From NCBI GenBank assembly GCA_032250595.1, contig JAVVFR010000001.1, positions 1 to 27,217 of the forward strand: DNA of 27,217 bases, written 5' to 3'. Below are positions 13,201 through 19,127 of the stretch, piece by piece. The notes beneath the pieces were generated by a model. That model did no database searches and had not been told where the DNA came from. It saw only the letters and a program-made list of their open reading frames with translations. The translations under genes were made by a program, and so were the position numbers. Each line of letters starts with the position of its first letter. Positions within the stretch are counted from its first letter, which is position 1. This DNA comes from Bacteroidales bacterium (lineage in GTDB: Bacteria > Bacteroidota > Bacteroidia > Bacteroidales > SKPS01).

Positions 13201-15683
13201 GTAGCCCAACAGGTGGTGTCTTCAGTGGCACAGGAGTTAATGGAAATCTGTTCTATCCTATAATTGCAGGTGTAGGTACACACACTATCACATACACTTA
13301 CACAGATTTGAACGGTTGTACCAATACAGCTACTCAGAACATTACAGTACATGCATTGCCAACCCTGACTATCTCAGGAATTGGGACTGATGTATGTATC
13401 AATGATGCTCCGATAACCGTTATTGTTTCACCACAAGGTGGAATATTATCAGGACCCGGTGTCAATAATAACATCTTTGACCCAACGGTTGCAGGTATCG
13501 GAACACATACGATCACTTATACCTATGCTGATAACAACGGATGTATTACATCCACCACACATACAGTAATTGTTCATGGCCTCTCTTCAGTAACATTTAC
13601 CGGATTAGCCAGTGGTTATTGTAATAACGAAGCTCCTGTTACACTTACAGGATATCCTTCAGGTGGTGTGTTCTCAGGAACCGGTATGATAGGTAATGTA
13701 TTTGATCCTTCTGTTGCCAATGGTATACGTACTATCACTTATACTTATGCTGACGGATATGGCTGTATAAGCTCAGCATCACAAAGTACTACTGTTTATC
13801 ACTCACCACAGGCATACTTTGTTGGTCTGGCATCACAATATTGTGAATCTAACGGACCTGTAACACTTCTTGGCAGTGCAGGCGTAGGCGCAGGTACATT
13901 CAGTGGCCCAGGCGTAACCGGTAATATTTTTGATCCGGCAGTTGCTGGGGTAGGAACACATGTGCTATACTATTCTTACACCTCTTACTCAGAGAATCCT
14001 GCAGGTTGTACAACTGTTGGCAGTGATACAGTAACTGTACTGGCAGCGCCATCAGTTAGCATTGCAGCCAGTTCAACAAGTGTTTGTTTGAACGGCAATG
14101 CCATCACATTAACCGGAACACCGTCAGGTGGTACGTTTAGTGGATCAGGTGTAACAGGTAACATATTTGATCCAGCTGCAGCAGGTGCAGGGGTACATAC
14201 GATCTCCTACACCTTCACTGGAGCAAACGGATGCCCCAACACTGCTACTGTTGATATAACAGTACATGCACTACCAACCTTACAAATCAATGGACTGAGC
14301 AGTATCTATTGTATCAATAGTGCTACATCCAGCAATTTGGTTGGTGTACCTTCCGGAGGAACCTTCTCAGGAACCGGTATCATTGGTAATGTATTCTATC
14401 CGTCTACTGCAGGTGTTGGCACCCATTGGATCTATTACACCTACACAGACATGAATGGATGTACTGTTGTTGATTCAGCGATGACCAATGTTGATCCGGG
14501 TCCATCAACATCATTCACCGGACTTGCTCCTTCTTATTGTATCGACGATGCTCCGGCAACATTGAATGGCAGTGGTAATAATGCAGGTACCTTCAGTGGA
14601 CCGGGTATGACAAATAATATATTTGATCCTGCCCAGGCAGGTGCCGGTACCCATACCATTACCTATACATTGGTTAGCCAGACAACAGGATGTTCAGGAA
14701 TCTATACTCAGAATGTTACTGTTAATGCATTACCCACTGTTTCTATTGCAGGACTTGGTACCGACTACTGTATCGATCACGGTAATGTTACCATGACAGG
14801 AACACCATCAGGTGGTGTATTCTCAGGAACCGGTGTCGTTGGTAATACATTTAGCCCAACATCTGCCGGAGTAGGTACCTTTACTGTTACCTATACCTAT
14901 ACTGATCCTAATGGATGTACCAATTCATTCGATCAAACGGTTAATGTACATGCATTACCAGTTGTATCATTCACTGGTTTATCAGCTACATATTGTGTAG
15001 ATGATCCTACTGTATTGCTAACAGGAACACCAAGTGGTGGTGTATTCACCGGCAATGGTGTAGTTGGAAATACATTCGCCCCAGGCCTTGCCCATGCTGG
15101 TGTACATGTAGTCACTTATACATATACAGATGGAAACGGTTGTATCGGATCTTACTCAGATACTGTAGAGGTATTTGCTAATCCTTTTGTGGACCTTGGA
15201 CCTGACCAGGTAATCTGTATCAACCATAAGATCACATTGGATGCAGGTGCAGGATTTGCCTCATACCTATGGTCAACAGGTGAAACTACACAAACCATTC
15301 TTGTGGATGGTAGTGTAATAGGTGTTGGACCTAAGACATACTCCGTAACAGTTACCAATAGCCACGGATGTGTTACTGTAGAGTCAATAATCATTACCGT
15401 TGATCCTTGTGAGGGAATTGATGAAATTGGTGAAGAAACAGCCATTCGTGTATTCCCTAATCCATCAAGAGGTACATTTAACATCCTGTTCAACAACTTT
15501 GAAGATGATGTTACTATGGAAATCCATAATGATCTGGGTCAAATACTTATGACAGATGTCGTAGAGATAATCTCTCCGGTATACGTCAAACAAATTGACC
15601 TCTCTACACAACCCACAGGGGTATACTTCATCAGATTGATGAGCAATGATTTAATACGCGTTGAAAAGATCATTATCAATTAG
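3..15683 (+). CDS. Giant T9SS type A-secreted surface protein / putative adhesin, 5'-truncated (>5226 aa): beta-helix, CARDB-like, lamin-tail, 50 Ig-like repeats, Por_Secre_tail CTD
   Basis: The frame is open from base 3 (TFQSATGDSTDVTVQYAATSS...), so the TTG at 111 in the track is not the real start. It ends in a typical type A CTD (IRVFPNPSRGTFNI...GVYFIRL...EKIIIN, about 15411-15680). Stop TAG at 15681-15683. Confidence 0.95.
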   Translation, partial: TFQSATGDSTDVTVQYAATSSTANWVIGLENINYLTLKNMTIKANGSSYGRVLVINDDVNYLDVSNCAIETSIATSSNFVPIYANGSSDNYSYNTIQNNKIFGGYYGIYWYGNSSNYNINNTFINNDITDFYYYGIYLYYNDNAICQNNQLSNSSASGTVYGIYPYHTYNSSYINNVVIVGGSSTSYGMRLYYGDNNIVDNNIVNVGGTTSYGIYDYYNDHATITNNQVTLAGSSTHYGIYHRGIGTALNPNLIANNTINMIGTGTSTWYGMYLYYSDTTNIYHNTVNIEGGSTTSRGIYVSQGSNINILNNILSLPGGGYAMYISTTAAIANSNNNVLYTTGSSIGYWGGAQTALTDWQTATGFDANSVDFNPALAAPMLNDLTPLNIAVDNIGTPIPTITMDIFGTPRSATTPDAGAIEFTGLAGDLATINGILKNGDCLSNNDSVFITVNNLFGNTVDFSVNPLTVGWEVTGPVNSNGTITVTTGTLAVANDLLIGGDGVDMSATGTYTLTVYVQPNTVNNYSGNDTLNNIFTLEIIDPFFVIPKYIEITNLDSTIVELTAQSTFFPGGALLLTEICQYAASSTGQPASGKPSYLGDDYLEITGVPNSDLSGYSIEKWTSSGTSPNVFHTFPSGTTLSPAGTYLVSTYQGTTSLGDYHQAADVASSYGSSTNSINIIRDASGNIVDVVLYYTGSTIPANAGVTTEWTGPGVNGSSSWGIRLAGPDTDDNTNWIKDTQDPNVLNAGVPLPSAGNISGFTWSHNSVVTSTKPDTIVGPFTTNGLYEYIASYNTPCGILTDTVKINVIIPPYDATIAEILPNTEGCGLGQEAIGVKIANRGSMSITSNLTASYMIAGGSSVVTEPVITTINSGDTINFTFATLADFSVTGADSLFHIIAWTNLLNDTIPANDTATSEVNSLHIPVPPVVNDMAIPTGTQAVIAATSSYDINWYEQATSTVPLYTGPVYTTPVLNNATTYWVSASSGIQVPGQLTTQFTGGTSCGGGFMIDVTALSSDITINAFDLYPASSGTETVNVYYKQGTYNGFGSDPTAWTQEGSYSVNQIALTPTFMALNTEIVIPAGQTYAIYLQYNNAYTSGSYTTFNNTDLEIYTGLAHCSAWDACCEPRVWNGTIYYMAGVDGCESPKVPVTVSMEATATAITPNTSICLGDQIMLEVALTGSTPITMIVTDGTNNDTITGITTPTIAIPVTPTITTTYSVVEVINAYGFSNTSTATVTVTVNPLPVVTADDVEICDGSTAFLNATGSAGTPPYSYQWNNATTLSNPNAKNPLATPSATTTYTVTITDANGCIATDDAVVTVQPVPVADAGTDINICMGTSAQLAATASGGSGTYSSYDWTPAATLDNATIANPLATPSVTTTYTVVVTDNKGCQNADDIVVSVVDVIAGSDQVICYGASANLGVTVAGGSGSYTYLWTPAASLDNAGIQNPVATPTVTTTYTIAVTDNVLGITCSDDVVVTVNPLPTVSFTGLAVEYCIDAPAVTLTGTPAGGIFTGMGISGTTFDPATAGVGGPYTITYTYTDANGCTNSASQQVTINPLPVVSFTGLASGYCIDAPVVTLTGTPAGGVFMGSGISGNDFDPATAGVGIHNITYTYADINGCVNSETQSVEVYPLPIATAIPDFYVCLGSPAQLDVTVTGGTAPYSYQWTPADSLDDATLKNPIVNNTNSETYTVVVTDQNGCQATDAVYVNVIPDPVANAGNDVAICFGESTQLQASGGDVYVWSPTTGLSNPNISNPVASPTATTVYSVTVTSTCGTASDYVLVTVNPLPGVNLGSDIDLCYGSSANLNAVVSGAAPFAYAWTPTTDLSDPTISNPVATPLSNTTYTVLVTDVNGCQNSDDIYININPLPTVNAKVNVNDEYASVCPGGTVSLYANATPSTVTYQWSPSAYINGFPNNQNVVSMPLSSSVDFSVIATDANGCKNYDTVNVSVMDVDAGVDAEICLNASTQLNAVVTNGITPYSYSWLPATGLSDAAIANPVASPLSTTTYYLTVTDDYGTSCIDSVTVTVNPLPSVTVADIDLCISNSAMLNAMVTGGTPGYTYNWTPTNDLNDPTIANPMASPTVTTTYNILVTDSKGCTATDDATVTLHALPSVNAGPDAIISSGANHPLMATGSGGQSPYSYLWSPASSLSDATIQDPIASPTVTTTYTVTLTDVWGCTATDDVVISTVNLPIANAGPDRTICIYDSAQLNASGGITYVWSPTTGLSNPNIYNPMASPAVTTTYTVTVTGPYGSAVDWMVVNVNPLPIVSFIGLGGPYCEDDPAIVPLTGTPAGGTFSGPGITGNDFSPLAAGPGNHTIVYSYSDPNGCTNTDTNYVLVNPLPVIDAGTDIAICANDNAVLSATPTGYVSYNWNSNFGISSIYDPNNSTTTVSPYATTTYTVSVTDINGCTNSDDVVVTVNPLPVVTSSGLAGPYCIDNPLVTMTGTPPGGIFTGPGVVGNDFAASAAGAGTHVITYTYTDANGCTNTHDQTVTVNPLPVVTSTTFSGSDIVDIEVQYDYFANWVGDDTRFEIVDALGTPVFSHQATAGNQYYTTSLTLPAGNYTFKAYDNFGDGGITYYNINTTDNTYSGAFTYGYYTETPFTVNGVSHHCINGPVVVHSATPTGGIFTGNGIVNTNEFDPAVAGVGQHQITYTYTDSNGCTNSIGEIANVNALTPTTFSGLAAMYCVDAAAVTLTGTPPGGTFSGTGIIGNDFGPATAGVGIWDIIYTYVDANGCTNADTQTTEVVPLPVLAITNLATGYCIDAAPVTLNATPAGGTFSGNGITGNDFDPAVAGVGVHTITYTYTDANGCTNTITQNTEVHALPIVTIVGLDAGFCLDATPVTLVGSPSGGIFSGTGVSGNIFDASVAGVGVHTITYTYTDTYGCVNDTSQNVTVYSLPTADAWNDAQICIGDSINLYVTASGGALPYSYAWTPVAGLDDPNIVNPVASPALSTVYTVVVTDANGCIATDSVFIEVSDIQISTTDVDICYGSSTQLNIAVTGGIAPYSYSWTPAAGLSSTTIVDPIADPTATTVYTVMVTDNIGCTSSATLTVTVNPLPVVSFSGLAMNYCIDAPAVTLTGSPAGGIFTGPGISGNTFDPAVAGTGTHSITYTYTDANGCINSETQTTSVNPLPTAAFTGLAAGYCVDAATATLTGIPAGGTFSGPGISGNSFDPASAGVGIHTIMYTYTDGNGCTDSYSETVEVYALPIVTLNTISDICVNVAPVTLTGGVPTGGLYSGTGVSGGMFDPAVAGVGQHFITYTYTDANGCVNFAIDTITVHATTPLTFATPPAICNNAMPYTLVQATPAGGIYSGPGVSGGQFDPMAVSGPGLYTLTYTYTNTEGCISTINRAITVLDTPTPVAGTSTTVCANTTTPLNVTVTGGGGSYTYQWSPASSITNDPTIANPFAIPSVTTTYTVAVTGANGCTGHDQVIITTLPLPSVDVGPDTLICAGYAYVIPTVVSGNSPFTYQWNNTATLNDGTIQNPTAYPISNTNYSVTVTDANGCVNSDNLTINVVSNPVANILSLNTNYCVDATPVTLTATPTGGTFTIDGVAATIFDPAVLGVGPHTVIYNYVNTNGCIAVDSMIVTVRDLPSVDAGSDLLVCAGNPTNLYATPLSGTSPYSYAWSPAASLNNAFIQDPIATPMVTTTYTVTLTDVYGCSATDDVTILTTSFPVADAGNNDTICYGGSTQLIASGGNQYQWAPATGLSNPNIANPIASPIVTTVYTVTVTSNCGVAFDFVEIYVNPLPAVSFSGLNPDVCIDDGSITLTGSPAGGTFSGVGIIGNVFDPAVAGIGGPYTITYDYVNPNGCANPATQTVTVHALPTISFSGLNTSYCINGTASTLTGSPAGGIFSGPGITGNVFDPAVAGVGTHTITYTYTDGYGCVNTTTQQTTVQGLSAVTFTGLPTAICADGSVATLYGNPSSGVFSGPGIIGNLFDPVIAGAGTHNIVYTISGSGYCTNADTQTVIVNALPVVSFTGLAADYCANDGIVTMTGVPAGGVFTGNAISANTFDPSNAGVGTHSISYAYTDGNGCSNSTSQITTVHALPTLTINGLSSVYCENDPAVTLSGTPTGGTFSGTGITGNQFDPAVAGAGAHTVYYTYTDGMGCTNTISQLTVVNALPAVTFAPLAPVCGGSSSFALTGGSPTGGSYSGSAVVSGNFIPSVAGPGSHLVTYTYTSPSTGCSNNATQNQVVNVNPVADAGIDQIIPFGTSTSLTGNATGGSGTYSYNWTPTGSLVNANVQNPTTTNLTASTIFDLTVTDLSNGCQDNDQVIVSVIGSSLSVNINAPYTAICDGDQITLTAQAIGGSGVYTFSWTSTPGGTYPSTQAITVSPLVTTTYTVAVDDGYSVETANITITVNSLPTVSFTGLPANTCEGSGAVAMSGSPTGGVFSGTGVNGNLFYPIIAGVGTHTITYTYTDLNGCTNTATQNITVHALPTLTISGIGTDVCINDAPITVIVSPQGGILSGPGVNNNIFDPTVAGIGTHTITYTYADNNGCITSTTHTVIVHGLSSVTFTGLASGYCNNEAPVTLTGYPSGGVFSGTGMIGNVFDPSVANGIRTITYTYADGYGCISSASQSTTVYHSPQAYFVGLASQYCESNGPVTLLGSAGVGAGTFSGPGVTGNIFDPAVAGVGTHVLYYSYTSYSENPAGCTTVGSDTVTVLAAPSVSIAASSTSVCLNGNAITLTGTPSGGTFSGSGVTGNIFDPAAAGAGVHTISYTFTGANGCPNTATVDITVHALPTLQINGLSSIYCINSATSSNLVGVPSGGTFSGTGIIGNVFYPSTAGVGTHWIYYTYTDMNGCTVVDSAMTNVDPGPSTSFTGLAPSYCIDDAPATLNGSGNNAGTFSGPGMTNNIFDPAQAGAGTHTITYTLVSQTTGCSGIYTQNVTVNALPTVSIAGLGTDYCIDHGNVTMTGTPSGGVFSGTGVVGNTFSPTSAGVGTFTVTYTYTDPNGCTNSFDQTVNVHALPVVSFTGLSATYCVDDPTVLLTGTPSGGVFTGNGVVGNTFAPGLAHAGVHVVTYTYTDGNGCIGSYSDTVEVFANPFVDLGPDQVICINHKITLDAGAGFASYLWSTGETTQTILVDGSVIGVGPKTYSVTVTNSHGCVTVESIIITVDPCEGIDEIGEETAIRVFPNPSRGTFNILFNNFEDDVTMEIHNDLGQILMTDVVEIISPVYVKQIDLSTQPTGVYFIRLMSNDLIRVEKIIIN
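3462..15410 (+). repeat. Tandem array of 50 Ig-like repeats of about 75-84 aa (20 type A, 28 type B, 2 terminal variants)
   Basis: Counted by hand from the translation. Type A: ADAG.D..IC.G....L...GG...Y.W.P...L.......P.A.P..TT.Y.V.VTD.NGC. Type B: LP.VSF.GL...YC.D...VTLTG.P.GG.FSG.G..GN.FDPA.AG.G.H.ITYTYTD.NGC. Confidence 0.92.
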
Positions 15684-15700
15684 TATTGAATCCCTAAAAT

Positions 15701-15737
15701 AAAAAAGGCTGCCTTACCACAAGGCAGCCTTTTTTTT
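15701..15737 (+). terminator. Rho-independent terminator (bidirectional-type) of the giant gene
   Basis: Perfect inverted repeat AAAAAAGGCTGCCTT-accac-AAGGCAGCCTTTTTT followed by a T-run, 17 nt after the stop. Confidence 0.93.
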
Positions 15738-15819
15738 AAAAAGTATATTTAAAATGTTTTCGTTAATTACTTATTACTAATCGTTAATAAATAAATGCAA
15801 AAAATATTTTTCATTATTG

Positions 15820-15827
15820 TACATTTG
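15820..15827 (+). promoter_or_regulatory. Bacteroidota housekeeping promoter, -7 element (TACATTTG)
   Basis: Exact match to TAnnTTTG, 28 nt upstream of ATG 15856. No clear -33 TTTG. Confidence 0.55.
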
Positions 15828-15855
15828 TTATGAAAACAAAACCTGTATGAACAGT

Positions 15856-16701
15856 ATGATATCAATAAATCAATTAAAGCGTATTGCCACCCAAATCCGT
15901 CGTGATATTTTAAGAATGGTACATGGGGCAGCATCAGGTCATCCCGGTGGGTCGTTAGGATGTGCTGATTTTTTAACAGTGCTCTATTTCTCTGTTATGC
16001 AACCCAACGCCAATGATTTTCGTATGGATGGTAAAGATGAAGATATGTTTTTCTTGTCTAACGGACATATTTCACCCTTGTTTTACAGTGTATTGGCACG
16101 ATATGGTTACCTCCCTATAGAAGAATTAAGTACTTTCAGAAAAATTGGCTCACGATTACAGGGTCATCCTGCTATTACTGATCATCTTCCAGGGATAAGG
16201 GTTGCAAGCGGTTCACTTGGACAAGGGCTGTCGGTGGCGATCGGAGCTGCTCTGGCTAAAAAACAAAACAATGACAATAAACTTATTTATTGCCTTTGCG
16301 GTGATGGAGAACTGCAGGAAGGACAGATATGGGAAGCAGCGATGTTTGCTGCACACCACAAGGTAGACAACCTGATATTAACAGTTGATTATAATCGTAA
16401 GCAAATCGACGGTGCAACAGATGACGTTATCTCATTGGGTAACCTTGAAGCAAAGTGGCACGCTTTCGGATGGGAAGTGATATCATGCAACGGTAATGCA
16501 GTAGATGAACTCCTTTATACCCTCTCACATGCTAAAAAGTTATCAGGCAATAAAAAACCTGTGTGCCTCCTTATGAAAACCGAAATGGGAATGGGAGTTG
16601 ATTTTATGACCGGCACGCATAAATGGCATGGCGTTGCACCCAACGACGAAGAATTGCAAAACGCATTAAGCCAGTTAGAAGAGACGATGGGAGATTATTA
16701 A
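15856..16701 (+). CDS. tkt: Transketolase, N-terminal (TPP-binding) subunit
   Basis: SGHPGGSLG, LSNGH, LQGHP, GSLGQGLS, the TPP motif GDGELQEG...N and HKWHG. The start is probably ATG 15856 or 15847, because the track's 15817 start overlaps the promoter motif. Confidence 0.95.
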   Translation: MISINQLKRIATQIRRDILRMVHGAASGHPGGSLGCADFLTVLYFSVMQPNANDFRMDGKDEDMFFLSNGHISPLFYSVLARYGYLPIEELSTFRKIGSRLQGHPAITDHLPGIRVASGSLGQGLSVAIGAALAKKQNNDNKLIYCLCGDGELQEGQIWEAAMFAAHHKVDNLILTVDYNRKQIDGATDDVISLGNLEAKWHAFGWEVISCNGNAVDELLYTLSHAKKLSGNKKPVCLLMKTEMGMGVDFMTGTHKWHGVAPNDEELQNALSQLEETMGDY

Positions 16702-16765
16702 TAGCAAATAAATTATAATCAAAATGACAGAATTACGTTTTTCTTAGCAACGATATTTCACAATT

Positions 16766-18148
16766 ATGATAAAATATACCACTGTCGTACTTTTTATTGT
16801 TGCTTTCGGGTTCAATATTTCTGAACCACTCCATGGACAAAACAGGGAAAGAGAGGTCCCGCTCAACAGGGTATTAATTATTTTTGATGCCTCCAATTCT
16901 ATGTATGGCTATTGGCAAAGTGACCGAAAAATAACCATTGCACGTAATCTGCTGGTGCGGTTAGTGGATAGCTTGAAAAATGTTGATAACGTTGAACTGG
17001 CACTACGTGTGTATGGTCACCTTAAATACTACCCTCCACAGGATTGTGACGACACCAAACTGGAGGTTCCCTTTGCACCATCAAACACTGAACGGATCAA
17101 AGATAAACTAAAGTCTATTGTCCCAAAAGGAACAACTCCTATTGCACGATCACTTGAAGCAGCAGTTAATGACTTCCCTCCGTGTGACAACTGCCGGAAT
17201 ATTATTGTGCTCATCACCGATGGGATCGAAGAGTGCGATGGTGACCCTTGTGCTGTATCCAGACAGCTGCAGAAATCCGGAATAATATTAAAACCATTTA
17301 TTATTGGTATCGGACGCGACTTCAAAGCCGACTTCGATTGCGTTGGAAAGTATTTTGATGCCTCCAGTGAACATCTCTTCAGACAAGCATTGAATGTTGT
17401 TATTTCCCAGGCTCTAAACTCAACCACAGCACAAGTGAACCTATTGGACGATTATAACAGGGCACTGGAGACAAACGTTGCCATGACACTCTATGACCAT
17501 TTCTCAGGAGAAGTAAAGTATAATTTCATCCATACCCTAAACAGTTATGGAGTCCCTGATACCATAGTTATTGATCCACTTACTATTTACGATATTGAAG
17601 TGCATACCATTCCCCCGGTGAGAAAAGACAGTGTTAAGCTGCTTGCAGGAAAACATAATGTTATTCCTATTCCTACTCCACAAGGCTTCCTGGATTTACG
17701 GGTCGGCGGAACGAATCATCTGTATAAAGACCTGTTATGTATAGTGAAACAACCCGGTATTGAAACTATTTTACACGTTCAGCCTTTTAATGCAAAAGAG
17801 AAATACCTTACCGGCTTATATAATCTTGAAATCCTTACTCTGCCCAGAATTGTCCTTGATGCCATTGAGATAAAACAGAATCATACTACGGAGATAGTAA
17901 TCCCTGTTCCGGGCCTGGCAAGAATTTCTTATCCTGCCAGAGGATTTGGTAACCTGTTCTGGAAAAATGGTAACACGCTGATTAATATCTACCGGCTCAA
18001 CGAAAATGCAACCAGCGAATCAATAGTTTTACAACCGGGTGAATATAGTATTGTGTTTAGAGCTAAGTATGCACCACGTACATATCATACAATATATAAG
18101 TCTTTTACAATTGATTCAGGAAAATCAACAAATGTTCAAATAAAATAG
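16766..18148 (+). CDS. Exported von Willebrand factor type A (VWA) domain protein with intact MIDAS
   Basis: Signal peptide ending PLHG-Q. MIDAS residues DASNS, GTTP and ITDG. C-terminal beta-rich half with no T9SS CTD. Confidence 0.88.
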   Translation: MIKYTTVVLFIVAFGFNISEPLHGQNREREVPLNRVLIIFDASNSMYGYWQSDRKITIARNLLVRLVDSLKNVDNVELALRVYGHLKYYPPQDCDDTKLEVPFAPSNTERIKDKLKSIVPKGTTPIARSLEAAVNDFPPCDNCRNIIVLITDGIEECDGDPCAVSRQLQKSGIILKPFIIGIGRDFKADFDCVGKYFDASSEHLFRQALNVVISQALNSTTAQVNLLDDYNRALETNVAMTLYDHFSGEVKYNFIHTLNSYGVPDTIVIDPLTIYDIEVHTIPPVRKDSVKLLAGKHNVIPIPTPQGFLDLRVGGTNHLYKDLLCIVKQPGIETILHVQPFNAKEKYLTGLYNLEILTLPRIVLDAIEIKQNHTTEIVIPVPGLARISYPARGFGNLFWKNGNTLINIYRLNENATSESIVLQPGEYSIVFRAKYAPRTYHTIYKSFTIDSGKSTNVQIK

Positions 18149-18155
18149 CAAAAGG

Positions 18156-19115
18156 GTGAGAAAAAAATACAGTTATACTGAAAAAATTGACACGCGTTCA
18201 GGTTTTGGTGACGCATTGACTATTTTGGGTGAAAAGAACGATAAAGTCATAGGATTATGTGCAGATCTCACAGGATCGTTGAAAATGAATACATTTAAGG
18301 AATGTTTCCCTGACAGGTTCATTCAGACTGGCATTGCAGAAGCCAACATGATTGGCATCGCTGCCGGCCTTGCTACCGGAGGTTTTATTCCGTTTGCTGC
18401 AACATTTGCTAATTTTGCAACATCACGTGTCTATGACCAGATTAGACAGGTAGTTGCCTATTCCAAAAAAAATGTAAAAATCTGTGCTTCCCATGCCGGA
18501 TTGACCCTTGGTGAAGACGGTGCCACACATCAGGCGCTAGAAGATATTGGATTGATGAAGATGCTTCCCAACATGACCGTTATCAACACCTGTGATTACA
18601 ATCAGACTATGGCAGCCACTATGGCGGTAGCCATCCATGAAGGCCCTGTATATTTAAGATTTGGCAGGCCAAAAGTGCCCAATTTTATCCCAAAAGAGTC
18701 TCCTTTTACCATTGGTAAAGCCATTATGCTAAATGAAGGAAATGATATTTCAATTTTTGCTACCGGACATCTGGTTTGGGAAGCTGTTGAAGCAGGAGAA
18801 ACCCTCCATGCCATGGGTATCGATGCCGAAATTATTAATATTCATACCATTAAACCTTTAGATACTGATGCTGTCTTATCTTCAATAGAAAAAACAAAGT
18901 GTGCTGTTATCGCAGAAGAGCATATGAAAAATGGCGGATTAGGAGATAGCATTGCACAGGTGACATCAGAAAACCTTCCCGTACCACTGGAATTTATTGC
19001 TGTAGATGATACCTTCGGGGAGAGTGGAAAACCAGGCGAGTTGCTAAAAAAGTATGGTTTGTTATCGCAAAATATCGTTGAGGCTGCAATAAAAGTATTA
19101 AAAAGGAAAGGGTGA
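18156..19115 (+). CDS. tkt: Transketolase, C-terminal subunit (pyrimidine-binding and C-terminal domains)
   Basis: GTG start. Motifs DTRSGFG, GIAEANMIGIAAGLA, GEDGATHQALED, GPVYLRFGR, HTIKPLD and EEH...GGLG. Confidence 0.95.
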   Translation: MRKKYSYTEKIDTRSGFGDALTILGEKNDKVIGLCADLTGSLKMNTFKECFPDRFIQTGIAEANMIGIAAGLATGGFIPFAATFANFATSRVYDQIRQVVAYSKKNVKICASHAGLTLGEDGATHQALEDIGLMKMLPNMTVINTCDYNQTMAATMAVAIHEGPVYLRFGRPKVPNFIPKESPFTIGKAIMLNEGNDISIFATGHLVWEAVEAGETLHAMGIDAEIINIHTIKPLDTDAVLSSIEKTKCAVIAEEHMKNGGLGDSIAQVTSENLPVPLEFIAVDDTFGESGKPGELLKKYGLLSQNIVEAAIKVLKRKG

Positions 19116-19127
19116 AACCGGCATTGT

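Noticed and set aside
3462-15410. CRISPR array, DGR or phase-variable DNA repeat
   Set aside because: The repeats are in-frame protein repeats with divergent synonymous sites. There are no identical repeat-spacer units and no reverse transcriptase, recombinase or cas gene.
190-15496. About 20 short alternative-frame and antisense ORFs within the giant gene
   Set aside because: Shadow ORFs of a repetitive, codon-biased gene, with no recognisable motifs or expression signals.
15817-15855. Longer transketolase start given by the ORF track
   Set aside because: It overlaps the TACATTTG promoter element, and the extension is not transketolase-like.
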